A stretch of 64,000 nt of DNA from Mobula hypostoma (taxonomy: Eukaryota), in NCBI RefSeq assembly GCF_963921235.1, contig NC_086108.1, positions 47,184,001 to 47,248,000 of the forward strand, read 5' to 3'. The position numbers and the translations under genes are program-made. Of this stretch, positions 51,511 to 63,927 are shown one piece after another (position 1 is the stretch's first letter; each line of letters starts with the position of its first letter). The notes under the pieces were generated by a model that was given only the letters and a program-made list of their open reading frames with translations, searched no databases and was not told the origin of the DNA.

Positions 51511-51706
51511 TGCTTTAAAATGACAACTTCATGTGTCTCTTTTAGTAATGTTATTAAATGTGTTTATACCAAAACTATCAAATAATATTAAACATTTTTT
51601 GAGTGTATTTATCTTGCATCTCAATTGAAATTGCCATATACCATAGAAGTTACAACAGGTCCGTAAATCAGTACTCAAACACCAATTAATATTAGTAAAC
51701 TCATAC

Positions 51707-51898
51707 CCCACTAGTAATTTTGGAAAGCTCTGTCCCAAACTGTGCTGGTCCAGCTGTGAGTACCACTCGGCCGAGGAATGGAGGGGAGACAATTTGGACA
51801 GCCCGAGGTGGCAGCTGCTCCTTCTGCTGCTGACTAGATAATTCAATCATCTCCTGCATGAAACGCAGACCATCCTCTGCATCGTGTGCACTTGCTGC
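51707..51898 (-). CDS. EDEM3: EDEM3 coding exon, [64 protein letters not shown]
   Basis: ORF 51701..51922. CAG acceptor, GTATGA donor; 192 nt, phase 0-0. Confidence 0.95.
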
Positions 51899-52625
51899 CT
51901 GAGGGAGGGGAAAACATGTCATTCACTTGTTATTGCATTTATTCTTCCCTTGATACAAGAGACAGTGATTTCTCATTTTTGCTTCCACTTCCATCCTTTG
52001 AACACGTAGTGTTTTAGAACTGATTGAAAAACAAATGTTTCAGCAGATTTGTACACATCTTTACTCCTATATTCAGTTTCATGGCTTTTGTTTTGATATA
52101 AAGAATAGAGGGTATTTCCCAGGCGCTGGGAGTCTGTGTACTCGGAAGATTACTTACCTCATAGATTACATAATGAATTTCTGACTTTTTAAACCATAGA
52201 ATCCTATTTAAGACTGTCTTTCATGTCCAGCAAACATTTTGCATTCAAAAATCTATTAAAACATATACTGAGCTGTTATTATTTCTTGTTCATCTAGTGA
52301 TTACACAAAAATGCCATCTGCCTATATTTACTACATTTGTTTATCATTACTTACAATGCTTCACACATAATCTCCATGTATTGTTTTTTGCTATCAGTTC
52401 CATTTTATTAACAACGGTTTTTTACATATTCATTAAATTCAAATCATTTCTCACTGGATTTGTACTTTAAATAGTATATTTCTGTTTAGCACTTTCTGTG
52501 CTAACGGATCCTGAACCCAGCACAGCATTGAGAATAGGATGGGATACTCTGGCGCTATCTTGTGGGAACGGCCGTGTCCAGCCAGGGGCAAGTAATCAAT
52601 GACAAAAACAAAGCAGCAGATTCAC

Positions 52626-52782
52626 CTGGTTTGCATGCTGAACCAACTGGACTCTGCCATCTTTGAGGTGAATTAGGCTGACTCCCATTTTCTTCAGTAA
52701 CTCAAGGTGTTCAGGATTGTTCGCCATAAAATCTCTGGCCCTCAGATGTGACCTGACCCCAGGACCATCGCCACCTACCTCC
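52626..52782 (-). CDS. EDEM3: EDEM3 coding exon, [52 protein letters not shown]
   Basis: Manual translation. Polypyrimidine tract plus CAG acceptor, GTGAAT donor; 157 nt, phase 2-0. Confidence 0.94.
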
Positions 52783-53349
52783 CTGCAACAAAAAGAAAAT
52801 CACAAATTTATTTCTCATTTCTGACCTTGGGTATGGAAGGGAGAATTAAATTAAGAGACTGTACTTTATTTCCTGGAGTAAAGTACCTTCATAACTTAAC
52901 ATCTTTAATTTTAGTTTCAGTTCACTCATTTGTACACATTATTAGGATTTTGCAAAAACAGATTTCAACACCAAACACCATCATTAACCCTGTTAAACTA
53001 AAGCAAACCTGTATAATCTAAATGTACTAAAGCTTACTTAAGAGTCCATACTGAAATACAGGACCCTGGGATAACACAGCATGTATAACAAATGTTATCA
53101 TATTACTCAACTGTTCCTGTGGTTCTACAGCATCTCTAACCTGACATGTACATTTACACAAACAAGTAACATCACTCAATAAATAGTCATTCAGAGATGC
53201 GTAAATACCATGAGATGAGTGAGGCACAAGCCATGCGTAAGCATCCGTTCCAGTGAGATATAATCATTACATTTTCATGGTAAAAAAATACCCAAACTCT
53301 GATTGTATCCTGCATCACAATGTCTGAGTGTAGTATTAGTAATTCTTAC

Positions 53350-53504
53350 TGTCGAGTGCTGGTCTTTGGGCAAGTTTTGTCCACCACATTTTTAAAGGGC
53401 TCACGAATGCTGTCGGCGTAAGAAGGATCATTTGGGAACAGAACTTGTGTATTAGGGCATGACCAATCAAAGTTGCTGTCATCCAAAACTACATAGTTTG
53501 TTGT
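53350..53504 (-). CDS. EDEM3: EDEM3 coding exon, [51 protein letters not shown]
   Basis: Manual translation. TAG acceptor, GTAAGA donor; 155 nt, phase 0-2. Confidence 0.94.
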
Positions 53505-53599
53505 CTAGAAGGAGAATAAAAATAAAGTCATACTTTGCATCTGCATGTTTAGAAGTAAAAACAGAAAACGTTAGTAAAACCTCTGTGGATGGTCTTATA

Positions 53600-55110
53600 A
53601 CAATGGGGTAGAAGCTACCTTTAAGCCTGATGGGATGTACTTTCATAACTTTTGTCCCATGGGAATTTGCAGAGAATATCTTGGGTGGGTGGGATCTACC
53701 TCACTGAGACAGCAAAGGTATAGACTGTATATAGAGGGGAGGTTGGTTTCCTGAACTGTGTTCACATCTCTGCAGTTTCCTGTGGTCACGGGCAGGGTAG
53801 TCATGATGTATCCAGCTCGGGTGCTTTCTGTGATACATTGATAGAAATTGGTGAGGGTAAACAGGGGCATGCCAAATTTCTTTAGTCTCCTGAGTAAGTA
53901 GAGGTGTTGATGCGCTTTCTTGGCTGTGGTGTCTTCACGGCTACGACAGGACAGGCTATTGATGATGTTTATTCCTAGAAACCTGAAGCTCTCAATCCTT
54001 TCAATCTCAGCCCCACTGATGAAGAAAGGAGTATGCATTAACCCTTTCTTTTGTTTTGCTGCCATTGAGTAATGGCTATTGTCATGACACCATTTCAGTA
54101 AACTCCCTATCTCTTTCTTCTACTCCTATGCATCATCATGTAAGACATGGCCCATCCACAGTGGTATCATCTGTAAACTTGTACACAAAGTTAGGGCAGA
54201 ATCATGAGTATACAGGCATCTTCCCTGAGGAACATCATCTTGTCACGATGGAGAGGCTTGTGAGTTCCTGAGCCACGTCTTCTTGAGCTTAGCTCCTGTT
54301 AGGCTCATCCATGGAGGCTCCAGACACGAGACGAAGAGCAATCCAACCCAGACTTCATGACACGTGACAACAGAAGTGAAGGCGGAGCAAGGCTACAGCA
54401 GTGAAGGGCTCCTAGTTGACTTGCATTCCACGCCACTGTATCTTAACACCGATTTGTCAAGAACCGTGTAGTGGCTGTCCATGAAACAGCCTCCCCACAT
54501 TAAACAAAGTCACGCATTGGCCTTCACTATTAAGGGAATGACCCCATAGGAGCACATCATACTCGACTCGAGTGACCGTACTTCTATACAGGGAGTAGAG
54601 GGCTGAGAATGCAGCCTTGTGGGGCGCCAGTGCTAATAACTGATTGTGGCATTGCTACCCATCCTTACTGGTTGCAGTTTATAGGTCAAGAAATTGAGAA
54701 TTCTGTTGCAGAAGAAAGAGATGTTAAGCCTTAGGTCTAGGAGTTTGGAGGTGAGTTTGCTTGAAATTATACAAAGTACATTATCAAATTACCATATACT
54801 ACCCTCAGGTTCATTTTCTAGCACCGAAGGCAGAGCTGTAGCAATGAACAATAATATAACAGCTGTCTTCACTGTCCAGCTACTCCAGAGATAAGTGTAG
54901 AGCCAGGGACATGTGTCTGCCATTGTCATGTTTTGGCAATAGACAACTTGCAGTGATCAAGGTTGTATGGGAGGCTGGAACAAACGCAGGCCACAACAAG
55001 CCTCTTCAAGCATTTCATGATGGTTGATATTAGAGCTACTGCGCATCAGTTATTAAAGCACGTAACCTTGTTCTTCTTAGGTACTGGGATGATACTGGTC
55101 TTCTTAAGTT
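53600..55110 (-). mobile_element. Degenerate Rex1-like LINE split by an insertion
   Basis: ORF 53643..54065 (SFRFLGI, KKAHQHLYLLRRLKKFG); GAPQGC remnant at about 54610-54630. Confidence 0.82.
54217..54584 (+). mobile_element. Short RTE-derived element, family B
   Basis: 8-bp TSD TATACAGG at 54209-16 and 54585-92. RTE-like 5' CTTGTCACGATGGAGAGGCTTG and 3' ACTCGACTCGA. No ORF. Confidence 0.65.
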
Positions 55111-55828
55111 GCAGTTGCAGACCTGCTTTTTTCTACTTGTGTACTTAAGTTATGCACAAACAAAAGCACAATATTTAGATTAAAAAATCAAATATAAATC
55201 AGTGAACTATCCAATTCATATAACTTCTTTCATTATAGTTGCTGTAATTTTTTGGAAGACTTTGTAGAAAATATGGAAAATGCAGATCAATCAGGATGCA
55301 GGGGAAAGAAAATAACCCTTTGAGTCCTGAATGAAGGGTCTTGGTCTGAAATGTCAACTCTCTATTCCTTTCCATGGATGTTGCCTAACCTGCTGAGTTC
55401 CTATCAGCAATTTTTGTGTGCCAATCCTTTGGGTTTGGTTCTCAAAAATCATGGGACAAACTCAGCAAAAGAAAAGAAAATCAGTGATTCTCTTATTGGA
55501 GACCATACACAGCATATGATAACGGACTTATAAAAATCAATGGTAGTAGATTTCTTGTTGGAAATACCAAACATTTAGGTGTCATTTTACATCAATTCAG
55601 CTGCTCATAAAATACATACAGTTTAAGAGATAATAGTACACTAATAATTTGATAGAACATGATGATATAAAGTTGTGATTGCAATAGATCAGCCTACGTA
55701 AAGCAATAAGATCAAAACTCAAATGAAGATAATCCAAAAGCAAACTTAAATTTGTAACTTTAATTGATTTGCCTATCTATATATATTCCATTCACATTTG
55801 CAAAATTCCAATAAATATTGTCACCTAC

Positions 55829-55991
55829 CTCATTTTTCTTATCCTTGGTGAAGTTGGTAGAAAGCCAAAGTGGCAACAGGTGGGCCTCAGTGGTAAAGAT
55901 ATAATCCTCAACATCGAACAGAACATCCTCTTTCTCAGCAAAAAGAAGGAACAGGTATTTGAACATTTCAGCCAAGAAAAAGGAATCCATT
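55829..55991 (-). CDS. EDEM3: EDEM3 coding exon, [17 protein letters not shown]...[23 protein letters not shown] (end of GH47 domain)
   Basis: ORF 55760..55990. CAG acceptor, GTAGGT donor; 163 nt, phase 2-0. Contains the GH47 SFFLAE and FTTEAH motifs. Confidence 0.96.
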
Positions 55992-56722
55992 CTGTGTAAA
56001 AATTAAAACATTAAGATCTAATTTTTATCTACACTAAAGTGTAACAAAAGTGATTTATTTTTATATAACTTTATTTGGGATTGTAATTGCGTCTTCTTGC
56101 AGCATGCCCAAATCACATGGATATCTGTGTGTTGAGAATTCTGTGGTAACAAGTTCAAAAGGTACTAAAAGAGATAATTCTACAAATTGTTCAGCCTCAT
56201 AAATTAATTAATTGATAATTGACTCATGGCTCCCATTCAAACTTAAGGGGTTAGGTATACAAAACCTATTATATATTCGAGGATGAATATATACCAGTTG
56301 GAGAAATTCAGGGTATGAAAGTCAAATTAATGCAGGCAGGTTTAAAATAATTGATCTAATACTCCTGTATGAAAAGAGAAAATAAAAATGTTTAATTATT
56401 TAAAAATGATTCGACTCTCAAGAGTCATACTTCTGTTTTCCTTTTCGAGGAAGAAAATAAATGATGGATCTCAGAACAGAATTTTTAACATTGTTCAGAT
56501 TGATTACTTATTTAATAAATCCTTTACAATTTTATATGCATCTCATAATACAGTGATATTTGGATAATGAAAAGTTACAAAACCCAAGATAACCCAGTAC
56601 TTCACATTGCCAAATGTGACATGATGCTCATTTACCCAGTTATCTTACCAAAAGCCTAACTAAATGTCAAGACAAGAGACAAAGGAAGCAACCAAGAACT
56701 GGGCCTACATAAATATTTAATT

Positions 56723-56959
56723 CAACACACATAAAAATTGCTGGTGAACGCAGCAGGCCAGGCAGCATCTATGGGAAGAGCTACAGTCGACATTTCGGGC
56801 TGAGCCCCTTCGTCAGTTAGTCCTGACAAAGGGTCTCAGCCCGAAATGTCGACTGTACCTCTTCCTATAGATGCTGCCTGGCCTGCTGCGTTCACCAGTA
56901 ATTTTTATGTGTGTTGCTTGAAATTCCAGCATCTGCAGATTTCCTCGTGTTTGTGTTTT
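56723..56959. mobile_element. Palindromic Penelope-type element with two minimal hammerhead-like cores
   Basis: About 94-bp inverted arms (56723-56816 / 56823-56916). Perfect 13-bp TSD TAAATATTTAATT at 56710-22 and 56960-72. Confidence 0.8.
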
Positions 56960-58102
56960 TAAATATTTAATTACATGTATTTATGGTCATAAGGTGCAAT
57001 TTGGAATTGACTCATGAACAATAGAAAAATAAACTTTCTAAAAAGAGCTATTCTATAATACATCTTTCATAATACCCAAGCATTACTATAATTACTGCAT
57101 ACTTCTAACCAGCTTCAGTATATGATATGATAGCACAGATTTAAGGAATTCAGTATGATACTTCTAAGTAAGTTTTAATGGTTCACACAAGAGGTCAAAT
57201 TCCTGTAAAAATGAGAGAATGTTGCACTGTTTGACTGTTCTGTCCTCTTGAGTGGAAGTAAAGGACTCAATAGAAATGTCTAATATCAAGATTAAAAATT
57301 TTGCTTATTATAAATGATTTAAAAATCTTCCCCTCTTTCTCTGGATCATTGTTTCTATTAGGTGAGTAAACAAAAAAAAAATCAAGGAAAGCTGCAGTAA
57401 GCATCTGATTAAAAAAAGATTTTTTTTTCAAAAGCTTATCAAAAACATTGGAAACTGTCCTACCTACACTCACAAAAGTGTCAGGTTGGATAGATTATCA
57501 GTTGGATAGATAGAGGATATACAAAATTTTACTGGGCATGGCATGGAATACAAACCCTAATTAGGCCCCGCTAGAGTAAATAGGAATCACACAGTTCCCA
57601 ACGGCATAGTGGTCAAAAACAAAAGCTGCAAAGATATAAGGTTAGGAAGAAAAAGATCAGAGAAGACCACTGAAAATTGCTGTCACTCAGACTGATTGTG
57701 CTCTGGAAACCATTGCCTCAAAGGGTGATAACTACTGAGAACATAATATTTAAGAAGAACCTTTATGAGAATCTAGTATAGCGTAAATTACAAAGCTAAA
57801 AACCAAAATCTAGAGATAAGGATCCGTCTGCATTACTTTTATTTCAAGTTGAAATGGAGCAGATGGGGTAAATAACCACACTGTACAATAAATATCTGTA
57901 CCCATTCCAGAAGAATACACAAACTTGGAGTTAACTTTATGGCATGGTTCGGTGACTGATTATTAGAAACAGAATGATAAGAGTAAAATTACCAAGATTG
58001 ATAGGTGGTGTTCCTTGTAATCCATAAACGGATTCAGGTATTTTAATGCTTACTTCAGTGAAAGGAAGAGAGAACTAATAAAAAGGTAATGAAGGGACTG
58101 AC

Positions 58103-58227
58103 CTGTCTTCATGGCTTCCTGTACGAACATCTTTCATTGCTGCAAAGCCACATGGTACACGGGCATACTTATTCAGGTTCTCAATGATACTCTTTCCCAC
58201 CTCCAGGTAATATTTATCCCCTGTCGC
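58103..58227 (-). CDS. EDEM3: EDEM3 coding exon, [42 protein letters not shown]
   Basis: Within ORF 58075..58374. CAG acceptor, GTCAGT donor; 125 nt, phase 0-2. Confidence 0.96.
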
Positions 58228-58483
58228 CTGTTTACAGTAATAGTAGTCATTAACAGTTAAATAGCAGCTACTGGTCCAGAATTGTGCATGAATTTTTGCA
58301 TTTTTCAAATACAATTTAAAAATGAAGCACATTTGTATTTTATTGCATGGGTTTCTGGTAATATAGTAGTGCACTCAGTTGAGCAGCCTCCCCAGGTCCA
58401 ATAAATGGTGCAGATGTGTGCTTTAAACGTTTTTCTTGTTGGAAGCTGCTGTTTTTGCAAGTTGCTGTTGGACATTGGTAATA

Positions 58484-59284
58484 CAGAGGATTCCAGTTAA
58501 TTGGGCCATCAGTTAATCAGACAGCCGCTTATTTGGGGTAACTCTTAAAGAACAAAAACTAATTGAGAAAATAGCTGGATTCCCTTTGTTTATTTGCGAC
58601 ACTATGCCACTTAATTGGGGCAGGAGACTGTTGCCAAATAGGCTCTAGCTAGCATCAGTCATGCGCACCTGTGTGGTTGTCAGACGCTACACTGTGTCAA
58701 GATCGAACACCTGTTAAATTGCAACAGTTGCATGTGTCTGCGTTCAAGAAGTAGTGATTTTTGTCATCGATAATTGGCAAGAAATAAGCAGAAAGACAAT
58801 TCCAAACTGCTTTGCTCACTGCGGTTTCAAATATTCAGGCTTGGAGGTGCCAAAAACCACTGGGAGTGAAAATCAAATGATTTCACTACTTCAACACATT
58901 AGAACCATGAGGAATTTAACAGTATCAACAATCATCTTGAACGTTACAATGAAAATTAACATTTGGAGGGTGCAACCATCGATAGCTTTGTATGAAGGCA
59001 GTCCATTATCTGCACCAGGTATTTGCGTTGATTTTGTCCACTGTATACACTGGATGAATTTCTCCATCAAGAACTGTTAGAAACTAAATCATAGTTTTAT
59101 ACTACTGTAATACTATTGGTAGTGCTTTAATTTGTTGTGTATTTGATTTTAAAACATAATTTGTTACTCAGTTTGCCTTTTTATACCTTTTTAAACCTTT
59201 TTAACTATTTCCATGAAACTTTGGCTAATTGGGACAGCCACTTAATTGGGCCAAAATGTGTCCTAATTAACCCGGAATCTACTG
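58484..59284 (+). mobile_element. Tigger/pogo-like (Tc1/mariner) internally deleted DNA transposon
   Basis: Imperfect TIRs CAGAGGATTCCAGTTAATTGGG / CAGTAGATTCCGGGTTAATTAGG with TA on both sides. Remnant WQEISRKTIPNCFAHCGF. Confidence 0.85.
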
Positions 59285-59299
59285 TATAAAATACAGCAA

Positions 59300-59802
59300 G
59301 TCTGGTTCATTGGCAAGACTGACAACGGGGGAGCTGCGTGCCCTCCATTCCCCATGCCTCGGCACAGCCACTCGAGGAGGAGGTGCCGGAGGCGGTGTGG
59401 GAGAGAAGAGACATGGCAGGCGCACTGGAACCCACGTTAGGTTGGGGGTTGGCCCCTGCAGGCCAGCTCTCCTACCAGTGCTACTCTCCAATGTTCCTTC
59501 CATGAAAGACAAGCTGAAATGCATTTCTCTGTGACTGAATCAGCGTGAGATGAGGAACTGCTGCAAACTTCAACTGCAGAAACACAGCTCCAGAACGACA
59601 TCCCATGCACCATCATCCTCAGGCCATGCCACTGAGGCACTTGTGCTAATATTAATTTATGACTGGATGTACTATTATAACTATATGTGCTGTGGGTGAC
59701 TGTATGTACTGTGTTTTGCACCATAGCCCCAGGGGAATGCTGTTTCATTTAGCTGTATACATGTGTATGGTTAAATGACAATTAAACTTAAACTTGAATT
59801 TG
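59300..59802 (+). mobile_element. Rex1-derived fragment (start of ORF joined to 3' tail)
   Basis: RPALLPVLLSNVPSMKDK (endonuclease start-like) followed by the tail ATGACAATTAAACTTAAACTTGAA. Confidence 0.55.
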
Positions 59803-59819
59803 AAAAAGCAGAAACTTAC

Positions 59820-59903
59820 CTTATATAGGAAATAGGTACTCTCAGCAAATTCAGGTCGGAGAGGGTGTTGGGCCCAGTGAACTCTAAAATCAGTGGTAAA
59901 AGC
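59820..59903 (-). CDS. EDEM3: EDEM3 coding exon, [28 protein letters not shown] (GH47 LRPE motif)
   Basis: AG acceptor and GTAAGT donor; 84 nt, phase 0-0; carries the conserved GH47 LRPE motif. Confidence 0.96.
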
Positions 59904-59959
59904 CTAGAAAACATGATCGAAGATTTCAAAGAAAAAAACTATAGAACGACACAAAGGTT

Positions 59960-60290
59960 AACAAATGGTGGAGAAAATGATGGAATCTATTGTTAAATTA
60001 AAATCATAACTGGATCTTAGAAATTAATAGGAAGACTGGGCCAAGTCAATGTGGGTTTACAGAAGAGAAGTCACGTTTTGATGAGTCTTGTGAAATTGGT
60101 GTAACTATCAGAATAGCAAAGGGCAAACCAGCGGATGTGATGATACATTTGTACTTTCGGAAGGCTTTCAATAAGGTACTATGTAACATGACATTAAACA
60201 AAATTAAAGAACATGGGATTGAGGGAATATAGCATACTTAGAGGAATAGTTGGGCTATTTTCAGAGTTGGGGACTTTGACTAGTGCATTA
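59960..60290 (+). mobile_element. Degenerate CR1 RT fragment
   Basis: SQCGF..KS and LYFRKAFNKV remnants. Confidence 0.6.
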
Positions 60291-60864
60291 GGTTCTGAAA
60301 TTAAAAATATAGCATTTTGAGTCAGTTAAGGCTTATAACGCAAGGCAGTATTAACATTGTAATGTTGTGGTAAGACAAAATCAGAATGTTATGATAAGCT
60401 AATTCCAAGCTTTAGTTTTAAAATTTAGAAATGGTAGAACAATTGAAATAGTTTCTTTAGCAGACTGTAGTAACTGGCGATTCAAGGAGAGAGGGAATTT
60501 AAAGGGTATGCTCATACAATGATCGTGTTACTAATGCAGTAATTCAGAGGCTTGGACTAACAATTGAGAGAATTCTAGTTCACAGCATAGCAAGATGAAA
60601 GTTTGAAAAACAGAGACAAAAATACAAAAACGCATTTATTGATATCTTTATAAAGGAAAATCTGCTGATCCACACTGCAACTAAAGTTATGCATGAAGAA
60701 TGAACACTGTAGCAGTTCTGGAGACAAACCAGTGGATGGACAGTAATTACTATTCTTGTCAGCATGTCCATTTCCCCAAGAATGAATTTAAAATAAGTTC
60801 AACTGTGCCTTTAATAAAATACAGAAAAACAAAATGATTAAGATAGAAACTAGAAGGTAGAAAT

Positions 60865-61050
60865 GAAAAAGCAACATCACACGCTTTTTGGGATAAAAAG
60901 ATGATTTTCAGAATGTCCTGAAGTATTTCATTTTGAATAAACTACTTTTAAGTATACTCATTATGAGCAAATGTGGCTGCAATATTCCATAAATAATGAG
61001 ACAGACGACCAGTTGGTTTTCTTTAGAAAATACTGGTTAAGGAAGGAGCT
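60865..61050 (-). mobile_element. Possible ancient Deu-domain SINE relic (AmnSINE1/SacSINE1-like)
   Basis: ACTACTTTTAAGTATACTCA...TGTGGCTGCAAT...GACCAG resembles the Deu domain as I recall it; very diverged. Confidence 0.35.
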
Positions 61051-61342
61051 GATTAATTCTCTGCCATTAACCTACAATCAGCAAAGACATGAGCACCAGG
61101 GTATAAATATAGTAAAATAAACTATTGAATGGGGAAAATGAAGCAAATTGTAAAGAATCAGGTCATCTGAAGAAACAGAGATGGCAGAAAAGATCTGCAA
61201 ATCACAACTGAAAACATAACAAAAGTAAAACTGTTAAGCATGCCAGGCTTCATGTATTAATACACAACATCAATGCAATTTAAATATTAATAATGATTAA
61301 AATTAAGTTGAACAATTAGAAGTGCTTGAAAGTTCCCATTAC

Positions 61343-61426
61343 CTCTGGAAGGAAGTTGTGCTTTTTTGTCACTTGATATAACATCTCATGAGTTTCTATA
61401 GCTGGACGTATATCTCCTTTTAAAAC
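61343..61426 (-). CDS. EDEM3: EDEM3 coding exon (first in window; GH47 mannosidase domain), [28 protein letters not shown]. Upstream exons lie beyond the window end.
   Basis: Manual translation of the minus strand. TAG acceptor at 61427-29, GTAA donor at 61339-42; 84 nt, phase 0-0. Nearly identical to EDEM3 as I recall it. Confidence 0.95.
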
Positions 61427-61559
61427 CTAAATAACAAGAAAATCAATGGTACTTTATAAAAATAGAATAGAATACTGATTCATAAAACAGTATCGTACTT
61501 AAATATATCAAATGAAAACTGAATATATTACAGCCAGTTGAAAAGTATCAATAAAGACA

Positions 61560-61581
61560 GATGATGATGATGATGATGATG
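61560..61581. repeat. (GAT)n microsatellite
   Basis: Directly visible. Confidence 0.9.
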
Positions 61582-62718
61582 TCTTAATTGTAACACAAGA
61601 TATGAACATATTGCATATCTTTATTGATACTGACTGATCAGTGTGGTGTCTGGATTTTCAGTTTGTTTCATGTCCCCACTGTTTTCATGTTTTTTTTATG
61701 CATTTAATAAAAGTGAATTGACAACTACAGTATCTTAACATTTCATTTACCACATAATAAAAATTCTACCAAATCTTCTGGAAAACTGAAGTACTTACTG
61801 CCAATTGAAGCAGAAATAAAGAACAAAAAGGTGCAAAGGTTAAATATACCTTTTTTTATAACCTTTCATTATATCAATGTACTACTGTTACCATGCAGCC
61901 TCTGAGGATACAGGATACACTTAACACATTTGAGGAAAGTAATCACATGTAAACAAATCAAAACACTACAATTTATGATTTCCGATTTGGAGATATAATT
62001 TAGCCAGAGAGTAATAACAGAACCTCAGAGGTCAAATAGTGGCCCAAAACAAGCAGACGTTGTGCTGATTATAGGTGCCACTTGAATCAGTGATTATATT
62101 GCATACTACAAATGCATGTCCAGCTCTGCATCACTTTTGCATTTGGTAATACCTTATACAAAGTGCAGCACTTGAATCGCCTGAGCGTCACATTTAAATG
62201 CAATTGAAGACACTTTCAGAATGCAAGCTTCAAAACAATATCAAGATACCTGCGAAGCTAACAAGAAACTAATGAAAATATGATTCTCTCAAAAATACCT
62301 CAAAGTTAATATTGAAACAAAGAAACATAGAAAACCTACAGCACAATACAGGCCCTTTGGCCCACAAAGTTGTGCAGAACATGACCCTACCTTAGAAATT
62401 ACTAGACTTCCCCAAAGCTCATCTGAAAGTCTCTTAAAAGACGCTATCATACCTGCCTCCACCACCGTCACTGTTGCTTTGATATTGATCAAAGAAAACT
62501 GAGCCGACCACAAAATTTAATGGGTACTTTTCAATTTCTGTGTGCGTGGCTATGATTGCATTGTTAACTTGCCTCACCTGCTTAAAGGATGCACATAACT
62601 TGACCAACTGCTTGACTAACATCAATTCATTCTAAACAACTATCCTTTTCCCTCCATTTATATTTAACATCAATAAATATGAAGCCAATAACAACTCCAT
62701 ATAATTAACAGGCTTAAA

Positions 62719-63927
62719 CAGGGGTCCCTAACCTTTTTTGCACTGCGGACCGGTTAAATATTGACAATATTCTTGCAGACCGGCCAACCGGGGGGGGTGT
62801 AGTGTTGCCAACAGAAAAGAGTAGCAGTCAAATACGTTGGGTTTACCCCGAGAAAGACTACAATGACCATGAAGCCTTGCCGGGGCACCAGTGCGCGTGC
62901 GTGTACGTGCCAATTTCCCCCCCCCCCAGCAAATCATTTTTGGCGATTCTGTTCGGGAGGGGGTGTTAATCACGACTATAATATAGGTGATAAGTGGCTA
63001 ATACACTCAATTTCGTTTCTAAAAGGGTTTATCTAACAAATTTAATATTAAACACACAGCGCATATTTTCCTCGCATGAATATAGTGATAAGTCAATTAT
63101 CAGGGGAGGACAGGGAGCTTGAAGTAAGTGTTGAATGAACTTCCAGTAGAAGTGGTAGAGGCAGGTTCGATATTATCATTTAAAGAAACATTGGATAAGT
63201 ATTTGGACAGGAAAGGAATGGAGGGTTATGGGTTGAGTGCAGGTCGGTGGGACTAGGTGAGAGTAGCATTCGACACGGATTAGAAGGGCAGAGATGGCCT
63301 GTTTCCGTGCTGTAATTGTTATATGGTTATAGTAGTCACTTATAAGTAAATAGCATCATAACATTTTAAGTAACGTTTGGATATTAAACACACAGCACAT
63401 ATTTTCCCCGTAAGAACATATAAAATCATTGCAACACACCAATATCGCTGAATCAGTGGGAGCCCTGGGCTTGTTTCCCTGCAACAAGACGGTCCCATCG
63501 AGGGGTGATGGGAGACAGTGATACTCGAAGGGGGTTCCTTATGTCCAGTCTATTCCGCAATTTAGTTTTTGTTGCATTCATTGCAGAGATATGTTGGAAA
63601 TGGAAGCAACGTTTTCAGTCCTTTCGTGGCTATCTTAGGATATTTAGCCTTGACTTTGATCCAGAATGCTGGCAGAGATGTTATGTCAAACATACTTTTC
63701 AGCCCGTTGTCATTTGCAAACTCAAGGAGTTGATCTCCTTCCCGGGCCGACATGGATGACGCGCGGGTAATGACCTTGCATGCGTAATGGCTCAACAGTG
63801 GCCGTGACAGGGAATGAGGAAAGGTGCAGCTGACTCATATCGCCAAATCATATCGTTTCCTCACAGCCCGGTAGCGTATGCTTTGCGGCCCAGTACCAGT
63901 CCATGGGCCGGTGGTTGGGGACCGCTG
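62719..63927 (-). mobile_element. hAT Charlie/Buster-type non-autonomous transposon containing a CR1 3' end
   Basis: TIRs CAGGGGTCCCTAACC / CAGCGGTCCCCAACC. Perfect 8-bp TSD GGCTTAAA at 62711-18 and 63928-35. Dimerisation-domain remnant FWIKVKAKYPKIATKGLKTLLPFPTYLC. Confidence 0.92.
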
